Shown one piece after another: positions 1 to 12,513 of a stretch of 43,906 bases of DNA. Made by a program: the position numbers and the translations under genes. Where the stretch lies: the NCBI GenBank assembly GCA_032718475.1, contig JAUCBJ010002939.1:1-43906 (forward strand), in the 5' to 3' direction. This stretch comes from Nemertoderma westbladi. Lineage: Eukaryota > Animalia > Xenacoelomorpha. Within the stretch, counting starts at the first letter, position 1. Each line of letters begins with the position of its first letter. The notes beneath the pieces were generated by a model. The model was not told the origin of the DNA, did not search any database, and was given only the letters and a program-made list of their open reading frames with translations.

Positions 1-1259
1 AATGCTCTCCTTTCTGCTTCTGCCACTGCCTTTGCCACCTTTCTTTCTGCTTCTGCATCTGCTATAGCCTCCGCCATAGCCGCCGTTTTTTGTTCCTCTA
101 TCCTTTTTTTCTTTATTTGTTCTTCTCGGACTCTAGTGAGGCGGAGTTTTTCATCACATTCAGCTTGGTTTGCAGCTAACATTTCGGCGTCGATTGAGTC
201 CAACACAAGCTTGGTTCCTTCACTATTAGGGGAAAGTCCAGACAGCCGTCTCCTCAACTCTTCGTCTCCTAGGAATCGCTGATAGTCGGACAAATAAATG
301 TCGATAGCGTCTCTAGTTCGCGGTTTCTCGGCGGCCTCTTCGCTTTTCGCTTGAGCAAGGGTGACATCATTTGGTTCTTCATAGGTTGATCTCTCAGCCA
401 GCTGGGATTTCCACGGGGCTGTTTCCTGTACTTTAAGATCTACCCGATGTAGCCAAGTTTTGACAGCAACCTGCAGCGACGTGTCCTGTCTTCTTTTGGA
501 AGTTTCCTCAAAGGCTGAGAGGATTAGTCGAATGCGTAGGGTTCTTTCGCATATTTGATATAGCAGTTCTTCCTGCTCTTGAGGTCCGTGAGGTTGTCGA
601 AACAGTTGTTCTTCCAATCGCTCCAAGGATCCGAAGAATCCCTGCACATATCCTGCTGCCGACCTCTTCCAAACAGCTGGATCCATTGTATCTTTAGCCA
701 CTCGCATCCTGTGTATATCTTCCCAAGTAGCCTCGGACAGATCCAACGGAAATCCGAGTCCGGGAAAGTTCCATTGTGATTCAACAATAGATATCAATTC
801 TTCCCTGGCGTATCCCGCGTAATTATCTTGGGTCGCTTGCTTATTCTTCGCCCAGTCGGCTTGATGTTCCTCCACCGCAATGAGTATAGTAGTTAGCACT
901 GCAGCAGGAAGAGTAAGAAGGGGGTCCGAGTAGACTGTATCAGCCATCTGCACTCCATGTTCGGGAGTCAACTCTACAGTATCCGAACTGCTGGAGCTAT
1001 CGGGTCTCTGGGAAGTAGGTTCTTGACCAAGATGTTGCTGCGATAGGACAACTGCCTCTTGGTCCCGTTTTACCTGTGCCCGAGTGCCTATGATGGACCT
1101 ATGGTGGACTAGCCTAGGGTCTGATACTACTGGAGGGATGACCTTTTTTACAGTAGGAGGTGAGCCGAACTCCTTTCTTATTCGCTCCACACTCCTATCT
1201 GAATCACAAATAGTTGTATCGATCAGACTGTCTGACAGGTTTTGCTGAGTGTCAGACAT
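1..1259 (-). CDS. Partial intronless ORF (>=419 codons, runs off window edge); probable gag-like first ORF of a retroelement
   Basis: Manual translation from ATG at 1259: MSDTQQNLSDSLIDTTICDSDRSVERIRKEFGSPP...EEQIKKKRIEEQKTAAMAEAIADAEAERKVAKAVAEAERRA, no stop to position 1. Absent from the ORF track because no stop is in the window. Coiled-coil-like at the window edge; no diagnostic motif seen, so the gag call rests on context. Confidence 0.6.
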   Translation of the reverse strand, partial: MSDTQQNLSDSLIDTTICDSDRSVERIRKEFGSPPTVKKVIPPVVSDPRLVHHRSIIGTRAQVKRDQEAVVLSQQHLGQEPTSQRPDSSSSSDTVELTPEHGVQMADTVYSDPLLTLPAAVLTTILIAVEEHQADWAKNKQATQDNYAGYAREELISIVESQWNFPGLGFPLDLSEATWEDIHRMRVAKDTMDPAVWKRSAAGYVQGFFGSLERLEEQLFRQPHGPQEQEELLYQICERTLRIRLILSAFEETSKRRQDTSLQVAVKTWLHRVDLKVQETAPWKSQLAERSTYEEPNDVTLAQAKSEEAAEKPRTRDAIDIYLSDYQRFLGDEELRRRLSGLSPNSEGTKLVLDSIDAEMLAANQAECDEKLRLTRVREEQIKKKRIEEQKTAAMAEAIADAEAERKVAKAVAEAERRA

Positions 1260-1394
1260 GTTTAGTTATACAGTTGAATGTCTACTACTATAGTTTCAGT
1301 TAAAGCAAGTCTAGTAATTCAGTATAACCGCAAGCCTAGCGATTTATTACCGGTACCGTTACTCAGTGTAACGTGATATATATACAATATATTA

Positions 1395-1641
1395 GAATAC
1401 CGGTATGCTTATAATATATATAAGTATTATTACAGACTAAATTTGTCCCAGAGTACCGGTATATAATTTTAGCACAAATATATATAAATATATAATAGGC
1501 CTATCGTGAATACCGGTATACAGCTTACACTAATAGTATATAAGTATAATTATGAACTAGAATTAATTACAGAGTACCGGTATGATTTCAGCTCAAATTT
1601 ATAGAGATAAATATAATAAGCCTATGGTAAGTACCGGTATG
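1395..1641. repeat. Diverged ~115-120-bp tandem duplication punctuated by TACCGGTA
   Basis: AGTACCGGTAT...ATATAATA(G/A)GCCTAT...TACCGGTAT at ~1452-1520 recurs at ~1573-1641; ~1395-1460 resembles ~1508-1581. Confidence 0.6.
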
Positions 1642-2622
1642 TCAATTATTTTTAGAATAATTGAATTCCTGAATATTTTAGGGTTACTTAGTTACTTTAA
1701 CTTACTTTATTACCGTTATTTAAGCAGTAGTCCAACTGATAGTGAGACCTAGTTGTCGTATGGCAGGCCTACTATTTATAAATCGTTTGATTTGATTTAT
1801 AATATTTATATACCCGTTTAAATGGGTTTTTTGTCAATATTTGAAATAAATGTTATTATTTCTGGGGGGTCACTACACAGAAGCTGTGCGCTCTCAGTGA
1901 AGTGCTATTTATTTGACACTAAAACTGATAATTCTAATTTACCTAAGTTACTTAATACTACAAATTACTTACGATACGGGTGAGATTAATTCTCTAATTA
2001 AAACACAACAAAAATATGACGTACGAATTTTTAGGGTAATTTTACAGGAAGTCTACAACCAGCCTAACAAAGGGTTAGAATTCTGGTTATTACAACGGAC
2101 AGGGTACTACGGTATTTGAAATAACAAGTAGTAGTAAATATATTGTACTGTCCAGATAGGAAAATACCACCGCCTGACGACCTATAACCGTATCGCTATA
2201 GGTACTACGTTATGTATCACGGATTGTTCCTACCCAGAAGCTAATAGAGCTAACGAATGTGCCTATCAACCACTTTACAACACAAATATACTGCCTACAC
2301 TAATTACTTCGGAAAGCACTGTACACTAAACCCTAAATTAGGTACAAGTACCGGTATAACAAATAATCAGTAGTTAAATATACTTGAACAGTTAAAAGAA
2401 CCACGGCATCTGCTGGAGTGACCGAAGCACAAAGTCGTCAGTCTTTACCTACGCCTAGCAGCCCTGATGTAGTACCGGGGTTAGTTTAACTATAACGGTA
2501 TGTATAACAAGCACAATTACTGTAGGAATAAACTTGGGGACATGAATGTTGCGAATAATCGCATAAACTCTGAATAATAAATATTACGCTACCCGTACAG
2601 AATACTCAAACAAATACAAACC

Positions 2623-3140
2623 AAACGCTGGCAGACTACTATTAAGCCTAAACAAACTACAGTATGTGCAGATTCTGAAACTGTTAGTTAGTATGCGTTC
2701 TAACACGGTAGTACGACTTACTCTTTAAGAGGGGATTGACCTTACCGCTTATGGCTGCCCCAACTTACTAACGGCACTTGATCAGACCAACTCTACACAC
2801 ACAGCAATCCCTTCAGACCCAAAAATAGCTAGACAACAATCCAGCCTACAAATATTTGAGTAATAACTATTACGGTACCTGAACAGACCACACAAACAAA
2901 CACAGGCTAAAACACTGGCAGACTACGATCAAGCCTAAATAAACTACAGTATATGCAGACTCTGAAACTGTTAGTTAGTATGCGTTCTAACACGGTAGTA
3001 CGACTTATTCTTTAAGAGGGGATTGACCTTACCGCATATGGCTGCCCCAACTTACTAACGGCACTTTATCAGACAAACTCTACACACGCCGTAATCTCTC
3101 CAAACTCAACAACAGTCAGACAGCAGCTCAGCCTACAATT
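2623..3140. repeat. Two-copy direct repeat, period 287 bp
   Basis: CTGGCAGACT at 2628 and 2915; the ~110-bp core (CTGAAACTGTTAGTTAG...ACTTACTAACGGCACTT) is nearly identical, flanks more diverged. Confidence 0.9.
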
Positions 3141-4690
3141 ATCTGAACAATCTGAGCAGGGTCACACGCCTTCTGCTCAATATTAGCCTACTAGTAAATA
3201 AAACTGACAGAAATAGACCTAAGTAAAATCCCAATAAAAACCAGGCGTCCCCGATTTAATATCGAGACCTACCGGTATACAATAATCAAAATCGAATAAT
3301 ACTAAATGTACTTGTACAGCAGTACCGGTACCGGTGATGACAGTTAGGCCTACTGACCTACAGAAGCACCGGTTCAGTTTTACCAGTCACTACGGTATTT
3401 TGCAACCTTATTGCCTACTGCAATAAGATTATAAACTGTTACTGTTCGCGCTTTCGAAGACCTTTAGCAGTTTAACCTGCCAAAATTTATATGTCTTTTA
3501 GTTAATTAAAACCACTTTAGCATACGACAATAATTTATGCTAATACACAAAACATTAGCCGAAGTCAGCCCATGCGCGATCATTCACCCGATGGATCTAC
3601 ACCCGGGAGACTGAATTCGGATGCTTAAATTTTATTATTGCAGTGTAAGGTTGCAGTGTATACCTACTGTATTATTCGATAGATCGTTAATAATTAATCT
3701 CTGACAGATATTATTGGCTTTCGGGAAATATTAACAGTTCCTTTAGGATGTGGCGCTTTATCTATTTAAACAGAACTAAGGCTTATACTAAAACGCAACG
3801 ATACTGCTTATGATTGAAGTATAAAGCGTATTCTTTAGGAAATACTTTGTTACCAATCACAATCATACACACTATTCTGCCGACCGTCAGTATATTTGAT
3901 CACACATAAAGAGAGCAGCAATTGACTCACGTAGGGTCTGCTAAATAACATTGGATTCAATACACACCACATTAATATAAATCGCAATTGTTATGTATAG
4001 CCGGTCTCTCTAACCTGTAGTGTATCAAGAAAATTGGGAATTTGGGTGATTTATCCGTATTATCCAAAGAGCAATATTTCCATCAACAAATAGGTACAAT
4101 TAATAACTGACGGTAAAATAACAGTACAAACAATATGATTAATGCAATTAAATTAAGTGAGCTAGTGAGTTCTTTCGATTCGATTGATTAATTAGGTAAC
4201 AGTTTATACTTTCGATAATTTAAGCAGTTTTACTAGAGTTCTTCCCAAAAGGCCGGTGTTTCTGGCTTAGACAGCAATAACAACAAAGTATCAAGTAAAA
4301 ACAGTAAGACAGAACACTCTCCTTATGATCGGCTGAAAAGCTACACGTCGACAGGAAAAATCGCTCTGATTGGCTCAAGCCAAACAAAGAACCACGAGTC
4401 CAATGGCTGTTTCCATGTCAGCAACCAGCTGTTAGATGTCGTAATATGAATCATCACGGCTAAGCTGTGAAAGGTAGTTGGTGCATTACAGGTTTTTTGC
4501 CTTACCATGTCCGCCAAAACACGTATATAGCAGAATGACTTTTATGTCCGTTAAAACACCTGTAACGGTACCTTGCGGGCGAGGGGAATATATATACAGT
4601 TAGAGAACCTTTTTAGAGTATTCCAGCGCCTGGGGGGAAACTGGATTGCGAAGCAAAAGGGGCCAGTTATATCCCACAGAAGCTTTTACA

Positions 4691-7600
4691 CATATAGTCC
4701 ACTATTACAGCTGCTGAAACGCATATAGACCACTATTACAGTGGCTGAAACACGTAGTCCACTTATGACACTGGCTAAACGCATATAGAGTAGTCCACTA
4801 TTATATACAGTTGCTGAAACGCCTATAGTCTAATATTACAGTGGCTGAAACGCATATAGTCCACTATTACAGCTGCTGAAACGCATATAGACCACTATTA
4901 CAGTGGCTGAAACGCATATAGACCACTATTACAGCTGCTGAAACGCATATAGACCATTATTACAGCTGCTGAAACGCATATAGGCCACTATAACAGTGGC
5001 TGAAACACGTAGTCCACTATTACAGTTGCTGAAACGCCTATAGTCTAATATTACAGTGGCTGAAACGCATATAGTCCACTATTATAGTTGCTGAAACGCA
5101 TATAGACCAATATTACAGTGGCTGAAACGCATATAGACCACTATTACAGTGGCTGAAACACGTAGTCCACTATTACAGTTGCTGAAACGCCTATAGTCTA
5201 ATATTACAGTGGCTGAAACGCATATAGTCCATTATTACAGCTGCTGAAACGCATATAGACCACTATGACAGTGGCTGAAACACATATAGACAAGTATTAC
5301 ATTGTGGCTGAAACACATATACAGTAGTACACCATTACAGTTGCTGAAACGCCTATAGTCCACTATTACAGTTGCTGAAACGCCTATAGTCTAATATTAC
5401 AGTGGCTGAAACGCATATAGACAAGTATTACAGTGGCTGAAACACATACAGTAGTACACTATTACAGTTGCTGAAACGCCTATAGTCTAATATGACAGTG
5501 GCTGAAACGCATATAATCCACTATTGCAGCTGCTGAAACGCATATAGACAAGTATTAAAGTGGCTGAAACACATATACAGTAGTCCACTATTACAGTTGC
5601 TCAAACGCCTATATTCTAATATCACAGTGGCTGAAACGCATATAGACAAGTATTACACTGGCTGAAACACGTAGTCCACTTATGACACTGGCTAAACGAA
5701 TATACAGTAGTCCACTATTACAGTTGCTGGAACGCATATAGTCCACTATTACAGCTGCTGAAACGCATATATACAATGTATTACATAGTGGCTGAAACAC
5801 ATATACAGTAGTACACTATTACAGTTGCTGAAACGCATATAGTCCACTATTACAGCTGCTGAAAAGCATATAGACAAGTATTACAGTGGCTGAAACAAAT
5901 ACAGTAGTCCACTATTACAGTTGCTGAAACGCATATAGACAAGTATTACAGTGGCTGAAACACATACAGTAGTACACTATTACAGTTGCTGAAACGCCTA
6001 TAGTCTAATATGACAGTGGCTGAAACGCATATAATCCAATATTGCAGCTGCTGAAACGCATATAGACAAGTATTAAAGTGGCTGAAACACATATACAGTA
6101 GTCCACTATTACAGTTGCTCAAACGCCTATATTCTAATATCACAGTGGCTGAAACGCATATAGACAAGTATTACACTGGCTGAAACACGTAGTCCACTTA
6201 TGACACTGGCTAAACGAATATACAGTAGTCCACTATTACAGTTGCTGGAACGCATATAGTCCACTATTACAGCTGCTGAAACGCATATATATACAATGTA
6301 TTACATAGTGGCTGAAACACATATACAGTAGTACACTATTACAGTTGCTGAAACGCATATAGTCCACTATTACAGCTGCTGAAAAGCATATAGACAAGTA
6401 TTACAGTGGCTGAAACAAATACAGTAGTCCACTATTACAGTTGCTGAAACGCCTATAATATTACAGTAGCTGAAACGCATATAATTCACTATTACAGCTG
6501 CTGAAACGCATATAGACAAGTATTACATAGTGGCTGAAACACATATACAGTAGTACACTATTACAGTTGCTGAAACGCCTATAGTCTTAGTCTAATATTA
6601 CTGTGGCTGAAACGCATATAGTCCACTATTACAGCTGCTGAAACGCATATAGACAAGTATTACATAGTGGCTGAAACACATATACAGTACTACACTATTA
6701 CAGTTGCTGAAACGCCTATATTCTTAGTCTAATATTACTGTGGCTGAAACGCATATAGTCCACTATTACAGCTGCTGAAACGCATATAGACAAGTATACA
6801 TAGTGGGTGAAACACATATACAGTAGTACACTATTACAGTTGCTGAAACGCCTATAGTATAATATTACAGTGGCTGAAACGCATATAGTCCACTATTACA
6901 GCTGCTGAAACGCATATAGACCACTATTACAGTGGCTGAAACACGTAGTCCACTTATGACACTGGCTAAACGCATATAGAGTAGTCCACTATTACAGTTG
7001 CTGAAACGCATATAGACAAGTATTATATAGTGGCTGTGAAACACATATACAGTAGTACACTATTACAGTTGCTTAAACGCCTATAGTCCACTATTACAGC
7101 TGCTGAAACGCATATAGTCCACTATTGCAGCTGCTGAAACGATATAGACAAGTATTACATAGTGGCTGAAACACATATACAGTAGTACACTATTACAGTT
7201 GCTGAAACGCATATAGACCGCCATTACAGTGGCTGAAACGTATATAGACCACTATTACAGCGGCTGAAACGCATATAGACAACTATTACAGTGGCTGAAA
7301 CGCGTATAGACCACTATTACAGCTGCTGAAAAGCATATAGACCACTATTACAATGGCTGAAACGCATATAGACCACTATTACAGCTGCTGAAACGCATAT
7401 AGACAACTATTACAGCTGCTGAAACGCATATAGACCACTATTACAGTGGCTGAAACGCATATAGACCACTATTACAGCTGCTGAAACGCATATAGACCTT
7501 TATTACAGCTGCTGAAACGCATATAGGCCACTATTACAGTGGCTGAAACACGTAGTCCACTATTACAGTTGCTGAAACGCCTATAGTCTAATATAACAGT

Positions 7601-9260
7601 GGCTGAAACGCATATAGTCCACTATTACAGTTGCTGAAACGCATATAGACCAATATTACAGTGGCTGAAACGCATATAGACCACTATTACAGTGGCTGAA
7701 ACATGTAGTCGACTATTACAGTTGCTGAAACGCCTATAGTCTAATATTACAGTGGCTGAAACGCATATAGTCCACTATTACAGCTGCTGAAACGCATATA
7801 GACCACTTTGACAGTGGCTGAAACACATATAGACAAGTATTACATAGTGGCTGAAACACATATAAAGTAGTACACTATTACAGTTGCTGAAACGCCTATA
7901 GTCCACTATTACAGTTACTGAAACGCCTATAGTCAAATATTACAGTGGCTGAAACGCATATAGACAAGTATTACAGTGGCTGAAACACATATACAGTAGT
8001 CCACTATTACAGTTGCTGGAACGCATATAGTCCACTATTACAGCTGCTGAAACGCACATATACAATGTATTACCTAGTGGCTGAAACACATATACAGTAG
8101 TACACTATTACAGTTGCTGAAACGCATATAGTCCACTATTACAGCTGCTGAAATGCATATAGACAAGTATTACAGTGGCTGAAACACATACAGTAGTCCA
8201 CTCTTACAGTTGCTGAAACGCATATAGACAAGTATTACATAGTGGCTGAAACACATATACAGCAGTACACTATTACAGTTGCTGAAACGCCTATAGTCTA
8301 ATATTACAGTGGCTGAAACGCATCTAGTCCACTATTGACCTGCTGAAACGCATATAGACAAGTATTACATAGTGGCTGAAACACATATTCAGTAGTACAC
8401 CATTAAAGTTGCTGAAACGCCTATAGTCTAATATTACAGTAGCTGAAACGCATATAGTCCACTATTGCAGCTGCTGAAACGCATATATACCACTATTACA
8501 GTGGCTGAAACGCATAGTCCACTTATGACACTGGCTAAACGCATATAGAGTAGTCCACTATTACAGTGACTGAAACGCCTGTAGTCTTAGTATAATATTA
8601 CAGTGGCTGAAACGCATATTATCCATTATTACAGCTGCTGAAACGCATATAGACAATGTATTACATAGTGGCTGAAACACATATACAGTAGTACACTATT
8701 ACAGTTGCTGAAACGCCTATAGTCTAATATTACAGTGGCTGAAACGCATTTAGTTCACTATTACAGCTGCTGAAACGCATATAGACAAGTATTACATAGT
8801 GGGTGAAACACATATACAGTAGTACACTATTACAGTTGCTGAAACGCCTATAGTCTAATATTACAGTGGCTGAAACGCCTATAGTCTAATATTACAGTGA
8901 CTGAAACGCATATAGACAAGTATTACATAGTGGCTAAAACACATATACAGTAGTACACTATTACAGTTGCTGAAACGCATATAGTCCACTATTACAGCTG
9001 CTGAAACGCATATAGACCACTTTTACAGTGGCTGAAACGCATAGTCCACTTATGACACTGGCTAAACGCATATTGAGTAGTCCACTGTTACAGTGACTGA
9101 AACGCCTATAGTCCACTATTGACTGAAGCGCATATAGACCACTATTCTGTGGCTGAAACGCATATAGTCCACTATTACAGCTGCTGAAACGCAAATAGAC
9201 CACTATTACAGTGGCTGAAACGCATAATATCCACTATTACAGTGACTGAAACGCATAGTT
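4691..9260. repeat. Minisatellite, ~31-bp unit (CTATTACAGTGGCTGAAACGCATATAGACCA), ~140 copies, with higher-order duplication
   Basis: Direct reading; length variants ~29-36 bp. Rare variants recur at 518-bp spacing (TATGAC 5491/6009; TCAAAC 5601/6119). Confidence 0.97.
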
Positions 9261-9500
9261 ATCCATGTAATTACGGCCCTAAAATGTATCTACTGTAGGT
9301 CTACTGTTGGCTAACTACAGTATTACAGCCGCATATCAAACATATAAAATAGGTTGCATTTGTGTGATGGATTTTACTAGAGAATATTATGTAGGCCGCC
9401 TGTACTATTGTACTGCATACTGTACACAATTTGACATGGAATAGTTCCTTAATTCAGGTACATGTGCGCACTCTTGTAATACAATACGACGGAGGACTGT

Positions 9501-10371
9501 GTAAGGTTTGATCAAGAAATCGACCTACCGTTGCAAAATATTATTTCACATAATTAGAGGTTGAAGTCAAAATAGTTCATTTGGTATTAAAATATCGAAT
9601 TTTATTTTTTTACCTTTTCCAGATCAGAATTTTTTGCTAATTCTGAAACTGTAAACGAAATTTTCATATCTATTTTAGTTTTGGAGTTATTTGATTTTTT
9701 GTAGACCTCACTCATTTTGAAATTATTATAAATTTAAGTGGCCAATTTTTTGTACTGTAAGATAGCTATTACTTTTTCAAAATACTGTAATTGTATTTGT
9801 CCTACAGGATAATTTTTGCTATGAGTTTTCCTGTTCAGTGATTTAATTTCAATTGTTACTTTCCACGGCTGACGGATCATAGACTGTCGATCAGTCTGTT
9901 TGTCTGTCTGTCTGTGTGTCCGTTTGTCTGTCAAAAATTAGGGAAACATGATATCTAACAAAATGTTTTGCTTTGGGGGTTTTCTCGGAAGGCGATTCCA
10001 TTTCCAATGTCGATTTATGGGTTTGACGCGACCATGCTTGTCTGAATTCGTGTTAGTCAGTCTGTCTGTCTGTCTGTGTGTCGGTTTGTCTGTCAAAAAT
10101 TATGGAAACATGAAATCTAACAAAATGTTTTGCTTTTGATGTGAAATGAAATCACCGACCAAGAAAACCCCATAATTGTTTGTTAATTTGAGATATTTCT
10201 CAATTTTGACAGACAAGCAGACAGAAAGACCGACAGACAGACAGACGTACAAACATTAAATAATCAATCAAAAGTAAAAATAGATATCGGAAATGAAGTC
10301 ACCGACCAAAGAAAACACCATAAATAAATTTGTTTGTTAATTTGATTTAGTTCTCAATTTTTACAGACACA

Positions 10372-10404
<33 letters not shown>

Positions 10405-11131
10405 ACGTCTAGATTTCTTTAAACTGAAAAAGTAAATTTTAACTGTAATTACCGCCCAGTGACATTTTAAATGTTATCACCACCCAGAAAAACCCCATAA
10501 CACAAATTTTGAATAGTTTGTACGCTTCTTAAATTTTAACAGACAGACAGACATACCAAAAACAGACAGACTGACTGACATGAAAACAATCGTCTAGAAT
10601 CGGTAAATAGTGAAAACCGACATCGTATTTGAAATCATCGGCAAATAAAAACCCAATAGCAAAAAAATGTAGGTGTTGGTGCTTTATTTATTTATTTGTT
10701 ACATTTTTGACAGACAAACAGACAAGTATTCAGACAAACAGACAGAGTGACCTCCAATAGAAATAACAATTAAATAATTGTCGCCTAAGTTCCATTCACT
10801 GATGTGTATCAGAATTCTGACGTATATACCTAATTTTTTACAAGTCTGCTTTGAAATATCCTAAAAGTTTTCATTTGAAAATCCCCCCAATTACAGAAAA
10901 TTGGCGGGAACGTTTGAAACTCTCATAACTTGAAAGGCGTTTTTCTCAAAACTTTGTTAAAATTTGGTCATAAGACTACTAATTTTCAAAACTCGATATC
11001 TCAACAACACTTTATCGGATTTGAAATCTGTTTTCAGTGTTCGATTCAGCATAAAAATGTGTATTTGAATCAATAAAAAAACACAAAATTATTTTTTGTA
11101 ACCGTAGGTCGGTTTCTTGATCAAACCTCAC
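9501..11131. mobile_element. Non-autonomous DNA transposon, ~40-bp TIRs, 4-bp TSD CTGT
   Basis: Left GTAAGGTTTGATCAAGAAATCGACCTACCGTTGCAAAA; right end reverse-complements to GTGAGGTTTGATCAAGAAACCGACCTACGGTTACAAAA. CTGT at 9497-9500 and 11132-11135. Superfamily uncertain (Sola-like by TSD length). Confidence 0.8.
9880..10750. repeat. Internal diverged ~150-190-bp modules carrying (GTCT)n/(AGAC)n microsatellites in both orientations
   Basis: 9893-9975 matches 10060-10135; inverted relatives at ~10150-10750. Architecture is reminiscent of Helentron-associated (HINE/DINE-like) elements (inference). Confidence 0.65.
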
Positions 11132-11629
11132 CTGTTGTGTTAATTTGGTAGGTAACAACTATAATTGTAGTATTGGCGCTAAAGGACGCTCAAAATGTGT
11201 GAGATTATAATTAGTTTACAATCCGGTTACCATGGTTATTAAACCATAGTGTCGCAATGATATGTAAAAACTGACAACTGCAGTTTAGTATTCTGTAATT
11301 TGCTATTTTTGTTTCTGAAACTTGTTGCAACCGTAAACCTCTAAAAGATCGCAACTTTCTATGTCGATAAATATCATTTGATTGCTTTATAATAATTAGC
11401 TTAATTTTGTAGTTTAATATTTGGCAATTTTAAATTTCAACTCGTGCTTTTTTTATAATCTCAATAAGTGCATTATTTTTATTTTTTGTAAATTGACCCT
11501 TGCATAAATACGCAGGCTGCGCACGTTTGCTTTAAAAGCCTCGTTGCGCTCATCCTGTACATATGGTCACGAAAATATATTGCGTACAACCTACTGTACG
11601 TATTGTGATCACTTTGACGTTTTGTGAAC

Positions 11630-12035
11630 AATGATACGTTTTTTCGTGATACCCAATAGCCATGCAATCTTCAGTGTTTTCTGTAATTAGGTTATTTATC
11701 ACAAAAACAGTTTAATAATGCTCTTGTAATATATATAGAACACGGCCGAACGTAGCGAGGGAGATCTTTAAAGGAGAATAGTATTAAAAAATAATTGAAT
11801 CGCCCATTGAACAAGATGATTTACATTCACAAAACCAACTGCTCATATTGTCCAATGGGCGATTCAATTATTTTTTAATACTATTCTCCTTTAAAGATCT
11901 CCCTCGCTACGGTCGGCCGTGTTCTATATATATTACAAGAGCATTATTAAACTGTTTTTGTGATAAATAACCTAATTACAGAAACCACTGAAGATTGCAT
12001 GGCTATTGGGTATCACGAAAAAAAAACGTATCATT
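11630..12035. repeat. Near-perfect long inverted repeat (foldback/MITE-like), ~190-bp arms, ~23-nt spacer
   Basis: 11630-11819 is the reverse complement of 11843-12035 with about four substitutions and one A-run length difference. Confidence 0.93.
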
Positions 12036-12465
12036 AGCTGTTTGCATTAGTAATCTATTAGTAAAATTCGGGGTAATTTTTTTTTATTAATTAAATTAAC
12101 TCATGATGACTACCAGCAACCTTGTAATTAGTACCAATAGATTCAGCGTTAGTGAAATATCTTAAAAAATTGTTTTTTACTTGTCACAAGATGAAATTGA
12201 GGCTCTTCTGCTATTAAAATGAATGGCCCCCGCTAGCGGAGCCTGAAGATCTACTATGCCAGTCTTAATTAATAAATAATACAGTTGTAGTCCTTGATAT
12301 ACAACACCCAATGTTCCAATACCCATACCATAATTGATCAGCTCACACGACCTAGTAAACAACACAAAACAGCCTAAGACCCATCAATAATGGAAGCTTT
12401 TCCATGGTAGTGAACCTTCTGCTGTTCTGTGCTATTTGCTATGGAACTGATTGAAATGCAGATAT

Positions 12466-12513
12466 GCTGAACCCAAGGACTACTATACTAGTATAGTAGT
12501 CCTTGGCTGAACC
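12466..12513. mobile_element. P-element-type excision scar: 32-bp perfect palindrome flanked by 8-bp TSD
   Basis: GCTGAACC|CAAGGACTACTATACT-AGTATAGTAGTCCTTG|GCTGAACC (TSDs 12466-12473 and 12506-12513). Confidence 0.8.

Larger units (their letters stand above)
1..4690 (-). mobile_element. 5' portion of a probable LTR retrotransposon inserted into the 31-bp satellite
   Basis: The satellite stops mid-unit at 4691 and the - strand then starts TGTAAAAGC (TG-type LTR start). CCAAT box (AGCCAATCAG on -) near 4368-4378, long leader with internal duplications, then the long ORF. LTR 3' end and primer-binding site not identified. Confidence 0.5.

Noticed and set aside
524-787. Short ORFs 524-787 (-) and 579-779 (+)
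   Set aside because: Alternative-frame shadows of the long ORF starting at 1259.
3540-3660. Possible LTR 3' end and primer-binding site
   Set aside because: AATAAA and CA-TGG occur on - but I could not match a tRNA 3' end, so no boundary was called.
4691-9260. CRISPR-like appearance (31-bp repeats containing GAAAC)
   Set aside because: Units are contiguous with no unique spacers, there are no cas genes, and the context is eukaryotic.
12177-12365. 62-aa minus-strand ORF as a gene
   Set aside because: No recognisable homology; kept only as a candidate exon in the micro-exon finding.
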